Origin: Phoronis australis
Lineage: Eukaryota; Animalia; Phoronida
Reading direction: 5' to 3'
Assembly (NCBI GenBank): GCA_002633005.1
Contig: NMRA01000051.1
Location: 62,001-126,000, forward strand
DNA: 64,000 bases
How positions within the stretch are numbered: the stretch's first letter is position 1; every line of letters begins with the position of its first letter. Shown piece by piece: positions 1 to 13,361 of the stretch. A program made the position numbers and the translations under genes. The notes beneath the pieces were generated by a model that saw only the letters and a list, made by a program, of their open reading frames with translations, was not told the DNA's origin and made no database searches.

Positions 1-1884
1 CGTAGTAACACCATTTTTAAAAGCTATTAGTCTATTTACACTCACTTAAGCAAAGCTGAGTCTCTGAGAACATATCCATATACCCATACTTAGGGGTTAT
101 CTAAACAATTTGTATTAATTATTGATAAACTGTGAGGTGCTAACAACTACATGGGAGCAATTATTTACTGATAGCAGAGAGGAACAAGATTAAAATTTAT
201 CCTGAATTATGCTGCAGCTCCATTTAACCAAAAACTTGCAGCATGCCATAGTTATTGTTTCTCAAAATGAGAAAAAGAACAGCGCCACCTTTGGAAGGAA
301 TTAACATCTACTTAAACATGTCTGCTACAGAACGATCGTCAATCAACTTACAGCCAGAATGTTGAATTTGATAGATTACGTTCTTAATTTTTGATACTTA
401 AAAACAAAAACAAACAATAAAATGATGATCTCTGCTACCGAAATATGCAAATTCTATTCAAAATCTCCGATTATGTGAAAGACGTCAGATTTCATGAATT
501 CTGTCCATTGTATGTCATCACGAAAATCAAAGGTTTTTACCAATCATGCAGGATGTATTCAGCCTTAATCTGTATAAACCACTGAACTCACAATTCCCTT
601 GAGAAATAGGACTGAGGAGTTGCACACGAGTCACCAGCAAGTTGCAATGTGTTTACATATATTTCTCATTTTACACGGCAACTCGGAGTATCACTTGTTA
701 ACCATAAAATTTTTTTATCCAGAAAAAGGCCAATGACTGGATCTCACAGGTGTCTCCTGCAAACACTGGGGCCAATCTACTGAGTAACAATACCTAGAAC
801 GTCTTAATTTAGGGCAAAATGTTTTGTAAAGCAAAAAGCAAGCAACTTCAAGTAACACCTATACAAATGCAAAACCTTAGAAATGGAATCAGGTAGATTT
901 CTTAAGACAACCACTTACTGACCATATGTAATGAAACATTATGCTAACAAGCTTAGCTAGTCGTGTACAAGCAGTCGACATCCGCTCCTCTTTCTAAGAG
1001 CCTCACTTGTTTCAAAAACTATAGCTGTGCTGTTCCAACAATCTTGACTTACTGTGCAATGCCAGTTCAAAACACTCAGCCGACGACCATCCCAAATACG
1101 GCACGTGGAACTTCCACATCTCAAACGTTCCAAAAAACGTGAGCGCGTAGACAAATGTCATCGACTAGAATACAAACAGAACAGTCTATGACATATAACT
1201 CATTATCTTCGAGGCTGGGAATTGAATAATTTAGTAAGTTCCACAGGAACAAGATGTTGAAGTCCTTCACTAGCAAAGGTATGCTCACTGGCACACAATA
1301 GTCGGCAATAGTCCTGAATTTCGAGAACCAGTTTGATACCCGTGATTTTGTGGAGAAAACTGGTTATCAAAATGCAGGACTATTATTTAACAGTCAATAG
1401 TTTCACTTACACACATCACATTTTACTTAGTTCCAAATGCAAGCCTAGGATATTTACATTGTATTTCAAATTTCTCGAATCACATTGTTGTATCCAGAAT
1501 TCAATGATTCTTATCGATATCATCACACTTAACCAATGTAACCTTTTGACCTTTTGACATTATAAGCACATGGAGGGGGGAGTGTGAATACAAATTGCTT
1601 TTAGTCTGCTCTTTCAAATCAACAACCCCCCATAGTTTTTCCTCTCTTGTGCTTATAGCATAATTATAAAGCTGGCCTGCAAATGGGACATCGTTAATAC
1701 AAGTACAAATACAATAAAACAAAAAAGCCAACACATTTGAAAAGAATAATAAGTTAAATACTAATATTAGTATTTCTAAACGCACAGAAATGATAATATC
1801 TGGTGAATTTTACAAAACTAGCATTCATAACGACACTTTACCTATCTGAATACTTCATTTTTTGAAATTAAAATAAGCTTTTCC

Positions 1885-2100
1885 TGTCATGTTTGTCCCT
1901 ATCACTTTAACCTACCACTTGGCTGATGTCGTAGCCCCAGAGTATAAACAAAAAACAATTGTAATGTTTGTCACTATCACTTTAACCTACCACTTGGCTG
2001 ATGTCGTAGACCCAGGGTAGAAACAATAAATAATTGTAATGATTGTCACTATCACTTTAACTTACCACTTGGCTGATGTCATAACCCCAGGGTAGAAACA
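1885..2100. repeat. 75-bp tandem repeat (~3 copies) overlapping the end of SELENOI exon 4
   Basis: ATCACTTTAAC recurs at 1901, 1976 and 2051, each followed by (C/T)TACCACTTGGCTGATGTC. Confidence 0.9.
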
Positions 2101-5100
2101 GTATGTTAGTGTTATATTTCTCCCAGTGGGACATGATGAACACAAGCTGTACAGACATGAGGCAGAAGAACACCCTCGTCACGTTCACTCCCATTTCGCC
2201 CCGCCCATAAATGGAGTAGAGCATCGTGGGAAAGAACACAGTTGCCCAGCTGTCGAGCCCATGGTCGAACAGCTCCCCCAGAGGGGAACTTGTGCCCGTT
2301 CGCCGTGCTTGTTTACCATCTGTTCCATCTGAAATTAAATAATGGTGATACAGCCGTTGGTCAAGTGAATGACGAAATGTGCGCCCTCTGTGAGAGGTAT
2401 AGCATGAGTGAAATTGATTGCAAAATCTACTCTGGCTAATGATACACATAAACAGAACATAAGAGGAACAGGAAATAGAGCAGATCTTAACAGCATGGAT
2501 TCAGTCTTTAACCCACTTCTATGCGTTTCACGACAGGTGGCTATGCCAGAAACTTGCGCACATTTCAATATATTTTACCAACACACAATTGCCCTTTTAC
2601 TGAATTCTTTGTTATTTTATCCAAAATTGTGATATCAATGCATACTTTAGGACCCCAATAAACCATTTTACCATTCTGCAAAAGTCAAACTCAACATTAC
2701 ACAAAATTATGACTTGCAAAATCACTTTAAACCAAGGCAAAGGACACGATTTAACAGTCACAATAAAAAGGCATGAAACACATTAATAAACATTTTTTGA
2801 TGTAATAGAACTGATCATTACACTGACTTACCAAGTGTATGTGAGAAGAAATTACAGAGACCACAGAAAAGCCAAACCCAATTGGGAATGGCTGGTGAGT
2901 CTGTGTGTGTCCGTGATGCTGCGTAGAAATCCGGATCGAAAATGGTGAGTACTATGGCTGCCACCACCAGTAGCAAGAAGCCAGACAATGTGATTAGGTT
3001 GGGAGCAAGCCATCGGGGGTAGAGCTACAAAACGTGTTCATACAATTAGACCAAAATACTGCCTTCTTCAGGGTTAACGTCCTTATTATGCTCAACGCCA
3101 CAAAGATATTTTCACTTAAGCCCATATTCATTGCCACACCCAAATGCAACATACAATTGGGCCATTAAACATCGCACTACAAAACCAAGGTCAATACTAA
3201 CAAAATATGCATTTCATTACCTGACTTGCAAATTTTTAACATTAATAAGTACAGTCAGCTTTCTAAAAGTTCATTTAATTCACTTGTTATTTGCAATTTG
3301 CACTCAAATGTTCTCAGTAAGCTAGAAAGATTGCCCTGGTGCATTTGACGGCATAAGCAGCGAATCGGCAATGAGTTACTGGTAATCCTCTGCTGTTTAC
3401 ATTGGCGTTGGTATAGCTATTTGTAATCAATTTAAACTTCTCCAAACATCTTTCCCAGCGCACATAACTAAAATGGCCGCTTAAAAATGGAAGCTTACCA
3501 TTTATCTAGATTTTCACTCAAGTTTATTCGCGTTTGGCATAGCCAGCAGGCTCAGACCAAAGTTGTACAGATTCTGCAGATGTCTGTATGGTTGGGTGAA
3601 GCAAACTCCGTGCTACTCTACATTCCCCAGTTCATTGGTGTCAATTTTGCGGTCATGAATATCATGATCGAGATTGTCGTAAAAATCACACATATCCCGC
3701 GCTGTTGGCTAATGATAATTTAATAAACGCTGCTTTTATCATCACATGCTTGATTGAGAGAACTGAAACTCAGACCACAAAAACACCATTCAGTTGTATA
3801 TAATTGCCTCGGACACTGCGGACTTTTAAGTTATGATGAATAAGTATATGTCAGTTCAGACATACTAAGATATGTTCTTCCCAAAATACTAAACCCCCCG
3901 AGATTTGTACTTTAATGTTTTCAAATTTATAAGGTTTGGGTTTCAACCTAGCTTAACAAAGCAAGTCAGGCCAAAAAGCATATCTGGTTCTAGTCTGTAC
4001 TCCAACTCATTTTGAGACCTGTGCTCACCGATTAAAAGAAAAAAAACACCAGACCTCATCAATTTCACCCCAAGCAGTTGTACAAAGGATCATACGCATA
4101 AGTAAGCAAGATTTGAAATGCCATTAGCCAAATNTTTGGCCTAATCTGTTTCATGCCAAGGTTTTTCCCTTACCTGCACAAACCAATTCCAAAACGGATG
4201 ACACACATAGATAGCCAGAGGATTTGTGTCAACGCAGGAGTACTGAAAGACAGAGAAAGTTAATGTTATATCAACTGGTAACAACCTTACAGTGATATCT
4301 TCCCAATTTGCAAACAAATGTAACTGCCTACCTCAGGAAATCTGACATCTGCGTGAACGCCTACTTTTATCCTCTGGTGAAAGCTACGACACAGAACTTG
4401 AAAATGATAGCATTAATTTGATACTGCATAGCTTGTATGAACAAATAAGAAAATAAAAATTCACCTGATCGCCATATTGTTTCTAATAAGATTTCACTCT
4501 CACAACAGTTAACATGGTATAAACATGCATTCTGTTAAATAAACTAACTTCCAATTTAGACTACTTAAACCCAAAAACCAACCTCAACTTTTTTATTTAA
4601 ATGAGAAGTGGTTTCTAGGCATCATAGACTGACAGTTTATTTCTTGATACCATAGGTGCATAAAATGACCCACCTTGTCAAGCCAATATGCAAAGCCTAG
4701 TTTCAAGCAATCACCAACTGATCTCTCCAAGTCCAGAAATACCCTCTAATTCAACTAAGGAACAATTGCATCTCAATGGCTGCACTTGATTGACTTTGAT
4801 GGTTCTGCCAGGTCAACCCTCTAAGACTATTGACTCAGAGGAATGGGCGGAGTCAATCACTTACAGTCAATGTTAAATGGTCTAGATCAAGTCAGTATTT
4901 AAGATGGAAGATGGGTTTATATCTGCTTTAAAATAGTTCTATTAACCATGTGACCTGATGATACAGCGGTTATAGAGTGCTTGCCTGCAATGTTACAGAG
5001 CAAGCCGGGTTTTAATACACTGCAAACGGCTCAAAAGTCATAAAAATGCTACATTAGTGACGAGTTCACAGTCCCGACCAACAAGTCATCCCACAGAGCT

Positions 5101-8100
5101 TGCTGAATTTCTAACCAGTACTACCGTATGACAAATTGAGAAATTGATAGGTCAAATATAATAACAGTCATTGTTACATGTCAGCTAATATAAAATGGTC
5201 TCTCTCGCATGATAACTCAAGTGGCATGTGTTAATTTTAATTAAAAGTTGCAAAATTATCTCGAATATGCCTTTTGGTCAAAATAATTTGTTTCCTAGGA
5301 AAATCCAACAATGCAATACTTCAGAACACAAGGTCAATGGCTTTTTTAATGTCAGGACAGTATGAATGTGAGCCCATGATCTTATGGTAAATTAGTAGAT
5401 ATGTACATAACCTTATACCCCATACAGCAGCAGGGGATGCTCTGAGAGTGACAAGGCATCTGTTACCCTGATCAGTCTATGTTTACATTGTGCCTGGGAG
5501 AGTCAAAGTACACTTTGTTCAAGGAGATTCACAGATTACAATAAGCCTCCCATTTACCACCTTCTAACATTCTGTTGTCCTCTAGCAAAAGCTGTGTTCA
5601 GCTCCACTAAACCCAGTTGTAACTGCTTTTATAGGTCAGTGACTGCTACGTTCTTAATGTCAATTACACTTAAAACTTCACCAAGGTCAAAAGTCCGTAC
5701 AAGCAAAAACTATGGGGCACTCAGGAATGCCTTCTTCAACCACTTGGTGGCGACCGTGGAGCAGCTATTTCATTTTTTCTCTCCGCCCTCTCCCTTGCAT
5801 TTTTAGAGACGTCGGTAAACCCGGGGAGAAAAATAATAATCTCGATCAGACTGCCACGCTTTTCACGTGTACAAGTTTCGCGAGTGCGCCTCACAAATAT
5901 TAAGCCTGTTCTGTTGGGATATCGCTATCGCATTAATGTTTAACTTCAAACAATAGAACAGTGATCAGCCATGCTGGAGAGGGAAGCATTAATCAGCCAA
6001 TAACCAGTGAATACACAAAATGTTTGTGCTAATAAATCGGTATGGGTGTTTTCAAAGCTGTGCGGCAGCCTGAATGAAACTCGTATATTAATAGCTATTG
6101 ACAAAACTCAAAATATTTGCATGCTGTATCCAATGTGTGCACTGCCTTTTACCAAAGCTGTTCTGTTGACCTTTGCAACTGTGAAGAAATCACAAGACTT
6201 CAATGAGAATACAATAAACTTTTATTTTACAAACACTGCAAGAAACATCACTGGCAATACCACCGCACTAGTATCTTACAACAGGGAAACTTACACAACA
6301 AAAAGGTCAGCACGTTTTTCTTGTACTTATTCAGTCCACAATCAATATCTTATAGCCCAGTAATTTTAATCATCCTCAAAGAAACCCTCGAACGCAACAG
6401 AGCCTAATCCCTCTTCGTCAAATACCAAGTCAACAGCCTCTCGGCCCACACTGGTGTCCCAGTCGGCAGCGTTGAGACCGTCGGTTGTCTTCACTGCCAT
6501 CTAACGCAGTGCTAATTCCACACATCCGACAATACATTGACGTGGATATACTTGTAGAGGAGATATCAGAGTTTCTTAATACTTACATATACAGGTGTAC
6601 ACTGCTTGCAACTTGCAAGTTTATGCAAATTGTTTTATGTAAATTTGTATTCATGTTCACCCAACCCATTTTGAGGCTTTTGATGCGGAGATTGTGTCCT
6701 GTGAATAAATGATTAACAGTCTTACTGGTTTTTGTATTTATGTAACACGTCTTTCCTTTTCAGTATACTTTGCCAAAACATGGTGGTATTACAAGCCTTA
6801 GGTCTAACAACCATAAGAAACCAGTGTTTGATGTAGTTGGTACCCCTATCATGAAAAAGAAGTCAAAACAGACATTCTATTACGGCATACGGGATTGTGC
6901 AGGCATTGAAACTTTGACAGTGGGGCTTTGGAAAGTACCCGATAGAAGCCTACTAGGGACAATGATGGCATGACAGTGGGCGTAAAATTAGGCCTACGAC
7001 GTCCTGATCGTCACCGACTTAGGTTTGCCTAGGTGACAATTTACCTCATCTGAATTTTTTGTATCAACTAGGCGCCATTTCCAATGTGTATTTGAGTTCA
7101 GCAGACAAAGTTTTTTGAGTATTTGGCGAGAACAGGTAACACTTAAAGATATTGCCATGCATTTTCAGACGGAGCATGCGATTTTGCTAGATATTTCTCC
7201 TGGGTGAACCCAGATTTGAATTGACCAATTAATCAAACCCATCTCGCGTTGTAATTGCACGCTCCGAACACGTGATTTTGATAGCTCCTGGGTCAACCCA
7301 GATTCGAATTGAGCAATTATTCACACACCCTCTCGTTGTAATTGCAAACGCTTCGTGTCGGCCGGGAACAAATCGTGCATGTTTTTAATCCAGAAAATGA
7401 AATGTAGTCCCGTTCACTGATCCGAAACAGTGATTGCTGATACGGTAAGTGGACTGCCATTCGAGTTTCACAAAGCTCCATGGAATGACATTTTGCAGCG
7501 CCCTAATATATTCGAAAATAGCTAAGTTTTAGCAACGTTTTCATGAAATCACCCTTTCAAAGTCGAAATTCTGTTTCTGTTTGAGCCGAGAGAAACTTTG
7601 TGGTTGTTAAGTTCTTTTGATTGACCGAACCTAGAAGTTCCGTGCTCAAATGAACACCCCGTGCGCTTGCCCAGTTCAGCTAAAACTTGGACATAAGCGC
7701 CCACTGCTTGGGTAATCGCCTACCTCAGACTTTTTGCCAATTTTTCGGTTGAAGCGCCCACTGCTTGGGTAATCACCCACCCACCTGGGTTTCCCAATTT
7801 AAGCGTCCAGGGCGTTTACCCGCGAGTTTATGGTAAGTAGGACTGACATGGACAGTTACAATGAAATCTCACAATTTTAAGAAAGAAATAATTTCCAAAT
7901 TGTCTCTTTTCACCTTTGTCAATGCCCACAAATTATAAAAAATATGGTGGTAGTTATGGTACAGAGTTGTAGCATTGAAAAGCATTGATTAAAGAAATAT
8001 TTGCAGGCGGTCCGGTACACATTGTGCCAGATGTGCGCATGCCGCTCAGGTGGGCCTATTGCACTGAATACCTAGAGGTGAGGAGTTAGAGAGCCGACTC

Positions 8101-11100
8101 AAGGGTCTAGCAGTGTGCCATAGAGAGACTCGAACCCACGACCTCGATTACATGAAGCAGACACGTACCCCACAAGCCACATTGCCTCTTCTAAAAGCAT
8201 CGACTTTGTGCTCCTTACATTTTATACAAAATGGGAAAATAAAATAAATAAAATTACACTTATCCACCATATTGTGTCATAATTGGTGAGATTTTACCGT
8301 AACCTAAATTGAGCTTTGATTCGGGCAACTGGACAAAGAACAAATTTTGGTTAATAACACTACTTGAGATGTAGAAAACTAACATTTGATCATAGAAATG
8401 AAATATATGGAAGCAAAGAGGGCACTGTGGTATTCCCTCGCTGACATGTGATGACTGTGTCACTAACTTATGGTATTGTGAACTAATGGTATTTTACTTG
8501 GGAAAAATGTTATTAATTTTCAAAGTTAAGCTGTTAATCACCATAAATTATGTTGCAAATAACAAATGAATTCTTATTGGTCTCACTTCTTTTGACTTTG
8601 TTGCAAAAATCCAATGACTGCATGGCGACCTGGCATGTTTATAAGGTTACTGAACAAAATCTCAAGTTGAATTGACAAGCTGCAGGTCACCAAATCAGGT
8701 CTTGACATATAATGTATATATGCTAAATAAAATTTTCATGCGTGACACACCAAAATGTTTACGTTATGACAATGAGAACCCATACTATTTTCAGTTTTGA
8801 TATTCTGCCTGGTTTCACTAAATTCTCTGCCTCATTGACTTAGTACAAAGCACAAATGTCTCCAAGTTTTGCTTGATGGTCCCACCAACTGGAATAAGAA
8901 ACTTTCACTTAGCCAAAATAAATCTGTGCTGTGCATTTTGGTGATCTATACATGTCATCCTAGTTGAAATTACAAATGCTAGTTTGATCGCCCATGCACA
9001 CAAGATAATTTTTGGTTTTTGATAGAGTCTGACGAGTCATGTGACCACCTTATCTGAATACATTTACTTAAAATGATAAGAGTAGCTCTATTAAGCTCCT
9101 GGAATTTTAATCTCGAAATTACAAATCAATTCATTATAACAGAACAATGGAATGATACTTTGAAAAGAATATCACATTGTAAAATGTAAACTCTTTGTAA
9201 TTTTCCCAAACATGTTCAATTATTCATAAAAAAATTACAAAATTGGCTATTCTTCACCTATTTTGCACAAAAATGGCCCATATGGAATTTTCAAAGGCTG
9301 ACTCAGTTACAGATGATGAAAAATTTACCAACAAATGTTTTTATCGTAGCTTACAGGACAAACTATTTTAACCATTAAAAAGAAAATTTTTGATGATCAT
9401 TTTTGTTGAGAAATGTAACAAAATGGAATTTTATGCGTCGGCCATATTGCATAGGGTACTAACTATGTGACAAAGTAACCGTTATTTTGCAATAAGTTCA
9501 CTGATCCTGCCATTGCTTTTGATGAAACTAATGACAAAACTCAAATTAACTTTGTTGTATATGTCAATGCACTTCTAGTATGGATTGAATGCAATAGGAA
9601 AGACCTGTTAACTTGACTTCAATAAACGCGAATGGAGTTCAGAATTCGAATCATGCTTCAGCTGCACTAGAAAGCTAAAATGCATCGGATCAGCAAAAAG
9701 TACGCATTGAAAGACACTCTGCAATTGTAACCTTAACATTTTAAAGAGATGTTTAAAGCAATACTATTTAAGAAGTTGTAAAAGTATTGAAGCTGCACTT
9801 CACCAAAGTTAGCTGGCTAAAAAACAAAAAATGAAATAGGTCTTTTACTGTTATACAATTAGTCTCATAAAATTCTTAACCCTGATAATATTACCTTTTC
9901 TAGCAAGAACATATATACCATCAATGATTTGAGAAAATTTTTATAGTTTATTGGGGTTGGCCAACCTTAAAATTGCGAATTCGAAAATGACACTTTGCCA
10001 GTGACTTGAGTATGTAACGCAAAAGGCTCCTGTCACGGAAATTTTGTGAGTGAGAGTAAAATGCCAAATTCGATTTTCATTTCTATCCAGCTAATCATGG
10101 TGAAATACAGTTTTAATTGTCACAAAGATTAAAGCCTATCAAATCAAGAGATTGCATCACTAATATCATCAATAACAGATGGTCAGCTCCATATCCTCCT
10201 ACCCGTCACATACATACCACAACACACACAATTCCCATAACTATAGAAAAGCTATGCAAACCGGTGATTACATACACATATTGATTTGATGTCAACCACA
10301 AAGTCTAAGGAGCCAAACTGGAAATGATTGAATGAAAAAGTATGTACGATCCTTCAAAACATAAGAAACAGAATTGGACCCCTTATGTCTAAAAGCAGGA
10401 CAGAAATGCCGATACAGATCAGACCGTGATAAGTGCTCGGATGGAAAGTTGGTGGTTTGGCAAATGAATGCATTTCTCCTAACAAGACCTGCTGGTCAGA
10501 AGGAAGGGGTAAAACTAAATCGACCGGAATATTCTAGAAAGTTTCAATAATGGAATCAGCAACAAAAACAAACATGAACAACCCCACTGACTAAGGTTAA
10601 ATCTCGACAATATTGTACAATTGCTAATATCGACCTTTTTCATTTCCAAAGGCTTCTAACGATTAGTGTGAATGGCCACAATTTCTCAAAAATTGTCTGA
10701 CGGTAGCTATGGGATAGATCTAACAAATAATGAAGCATTTACATGGTGCTTATGTTCACCATACCAACATGGTCACAACAAAGCGAATACTTAGAGCAAA
10801 CAAGCATACGGTGAAGAGCGTAGAATGTCAAGTGTAACCACTTCGAGCATTAAGGTTATGTAGGTCATCGGCAAGTCAAGTGTATTTAGCCAAATTAATA
10901 CAAAACTAGAAACTTCAGAATTTAATTCTTGGTTTTACACGAAACTACAACCAAATTTATCAAAAAAGAAAGGTATACATAGCCGAACAACGACATCAAA
11001 AACATGACCAAGTCCAAGATAAATCAAAAACGGCTGTTAAAAGTTTTCACACTGATCTCTTCGAGCAGTCTTTCGCTCAGTTCCCATAATCGGAAACCAG

Positions 11101-13148
11101 CCATTTTTAACACTATGCATAGCAGGTGGTATGACGTCATATCCCATGGCATGCGCTGTGTAAAAATGGTCAGTTTCTTGATTTTAGGAACTGAACGAAG
11201 GACTGCTCAAAGAAAAAGTTTGATAATGGGATTATTTGTTCGAGTTGGAAGGAATTAAAGACATCAAGGGCATGCTACGGTGTCCATTTACAAAATTCAA
11301 ATAATATGAAAATAATAAATTTAAGCCTTGAGTTCATATTGCATGTCTGAGACAGCTCAACTCAGTTCAGTTTTATACATAATACAGTTGGACCAGCTCA
11401 CTCCACGTCTAGAGTGAAAAAACTATAGGGACATTAGGTCGCGTTTGCTTCCGAAATAGTTATGTATTCGTTGTTTTGACATTGTCACTTACAAACAGCA
11501 AGCAACGAAGTGAGAAATTGCCATAACTCAAGAGTGCTGACCCCCTACACAGTTGATTATTTTGTTGCTGTGTGATTTCAGGGGTAGAGACAGACATGAA
11601 ATGGAACATCAAGTGCTATTTTTAGGACTCTGAATAAAAGTAAGAATATCGTTTGCGGCGCGACTTGATTCGAGCTGACTGTGAGTCGACATGACGATTC
11701 ACAAGTAGATTTCTCGAAATAAATTTTTATTGCCAAGTTGCGAAAGCATTTACCAAGTTGACAAATGGACTTATAGCTCTACCATTGCCAGTGCCGCTCA
11801 GAATTCGCCAAAGGCGAGCGGCTCACCGCGAGCCTAGTATCTGCACTTTATACCTCAACTGTCACTGCATTTTGGCTCATTTTCATTCAAAACTAATTAG
11901 ACATCGTTGGAAAGTCCAAGTACATTTTGGAAGGAATTTGTCCAGTCTAGGACTGCATACAATGGTCCCAAGAATCCAAAATGTCCTAATTTGTATCACA
12001 GGCGTCCTCAGCTTCTGATCGTCCCCAATACACTACATATAATACTACAAGGTATGACACTCCCGACTAGAAATTCCACGGGTGCTTCACTTCAGCCGTC
12101 CATAGCAAACATAAAACTCAATAAAATTACACAAAACAGGGGTTCAACAAACCATGAAGAATTATTCTTTCTCCCAATACCATTCACGGTGTCCTATTAC
12201 GGCGACTTCGTAAGAAATTCGCAGTCAACGAACAAAAATGTTCACAAAAAGCCCCCACACACTTTCATCCTAGGCCCCTCGAGGTCAAGGACGGTACGGA
12301 AATTGCCGGTGAGTTACGGAAGTACTCAATAGTTTTTCTACTGGCGGCTAAGTGTAGAGTTATCGACATCGTGACTTTACGCGACAAACCGGCAATTTCT
12401 GTACCGTCCTTGACCTCGAGGGGCCTAGATGAAAGTGTGTGGGGGCTTTTTGTGAACATTTTTGTGTTTTGACTGCGAATTTCTTACGAAGTCGCCGTAA
12501 TAGGACACCGTGAATGGTATTGGGAGAAAGAACAATTCTTCATGGTTTGTTGAACCCCTGTTTTGTGTAAATTTATTGAGTTTTATGTTTGCTATGGACG
12601 GCTGAAGTGAAGCACCCGTGGAATTTCTAGTCGGGAGTGTCATACCTTGTAGAATTATATGTAGTATATTGGGGACGATCAGAAGCTGAGGATGCCTGTG
12701 ATTTGTATAAGAAATGACTAATCTCCCAGTACTTCAAATACGTTACATAGGTTTTCAACCTTGATACAAGGAAGCCTTGAACTTGTCACAGGGCCTCCTA
12801 TAATTTGATGATTTAATCATTGTGAGTCATACTTCACTGAAAAGCTTTTGGTGTATGAAGTTCCTATAGGAGCTTCACCGTCGGTAGTTCAACTAGAGAC
12901 GGTGATCACTGTCTACACAAGGGCAAGGCCAATGGAGTTAGACTCTTGACACTGGCAAACCCGGTCACTTCAGAACGATGTCGAAAGTCGATAGAAAACC
13001 GTCACGGAATAGGATTTACACTCGTGTAGGCGTTAAGAAAAGTACTTTCTACAGCGCATTCTGTCACTAAGTATGTAATGTCAATAGTTACCTTGTAATT
13101 ATCAAAACCATCTAAGACATCTTTCGACAAGTATCTGTGTTTCGGCAT
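2066..13148 (-). CDS. SELENOI: Ethanolaminephosphotransferase 1 / selenoprotein I-like CDP-alcohol phosphotransferase; 5' part only, the gene continues left of the window. Coding exons 13148-13092, 4242-4174, 3024-2832, 2328-2066
   Basis: Spliced translation [19 protein letters not shown]|[23 protein letters not shown]|[15 protein letters not shown]...SHTL|[26 protein letters not shown]...[21 protein letters not shown]. Contains the CDP-alcohol phosphotransferase motif DGxxARR...G..FDH.LD. All introns are GT-AG with consistent phases (0,0,1). Confidence 0.92.
6366..7833 (-). mobile_element. Degenerate Tc2/pogo-like DNA transposon with a transposase C-terminal remnant
   Basis: Minus-strand 6522-6484 reads [13 protein letters not shown], like the pogo/DDE_1 C-terminal CGISNALDGSEDD motif, followed after a frameshift by an acidic FEGFFEDD* tail. 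The end at 7810-7833+TA resembles the terminus of the 18784 element, including the GGGCG(G/C)TT subterminal repeats. Confidence 0.55.
7197..7351. repeat. ~88-bp-period direct duplication inside the Tc2/pogo-like remnant
   Basis: CTCCTGGGT(G/C)AACCCAGATT(T/C)GAATTGA(C/G)CAATT...CGTTGTAATTGCA occurs twice. Confidence 0.75.
8005..8190 (-). mobile_element. tRNA-derived SINE
   Basis: Minus strand GAGGCAATGTGGCTTGTGGGG (A box-like) ... GGGTTCGAGTC (B box), then a body with GAGTCGGCTCTCTAACTCC. A degenerate second copy lies at ~40938-41050. Confidence 0.65.
11040..11230. repeat. Imperfect inverted repeat centred on ATGACGTCAT
   Basis: TCTTCGAGCAGTCTTTCGCTCAGTTCC...CCATTTTT is mirrored by AAAAATGG...GGAACTGAACGAAGGACTGCTCAAAGA. 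Confidence 0.6.
11997..12700. mobile_element. Foldback MITE, P-element/hAT-like (CACAGG...CCTGTG), ~314-bp TIRs, 8-bp TSD
   Basis: 11997-12310 and 12388-12700 are near-perfect inverted repeats around a 77-bp spacer. Identical flanks ATTTGTAT lie at 11989-11996 and 12701-12708. Confidence 0.9.
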
Positions 13149-13361
13149 GATTTCTGTATAAGGTGATACACGTAACAACGATTGCTATTGGTTGCAAAGA
13201 CCTCAATTGTCGAATAGTGCTCGTTGTTTCATCTCTAGTTTGAGTCACGTGGTACTTCAACATGGTAGCCCCCATGTACAAGGCGTAGCTTGTCATCAAA
13301 AGGATTGAGTTGCGTAAGGGACCGTACGCATTATAGGGTGCGGTGTACAGCGACATTGATA
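13149..13361. promoter_or_regulatory. Compact bidirectional promoter / 5' UTR region between SELENOI and ENDOU
   Basis: Divergent start codons at 13148 (minus) and 13362 (plus) leave only 213 bp between them. Confidence 0.65.

Noticed and set aside
1-2065. Selenocysteine codon, SECIS or further SELENOI exons
   Set aside because: No further exon was recognised here. The 3' end lies outside the window, so selenoprotein status cannot be judged.
6320-6340. GLNKYK peptide resembling the end of SELENOI exon 1
   Set aside because: No GT donor follows it; the true exon 1 is at 13092-13148.
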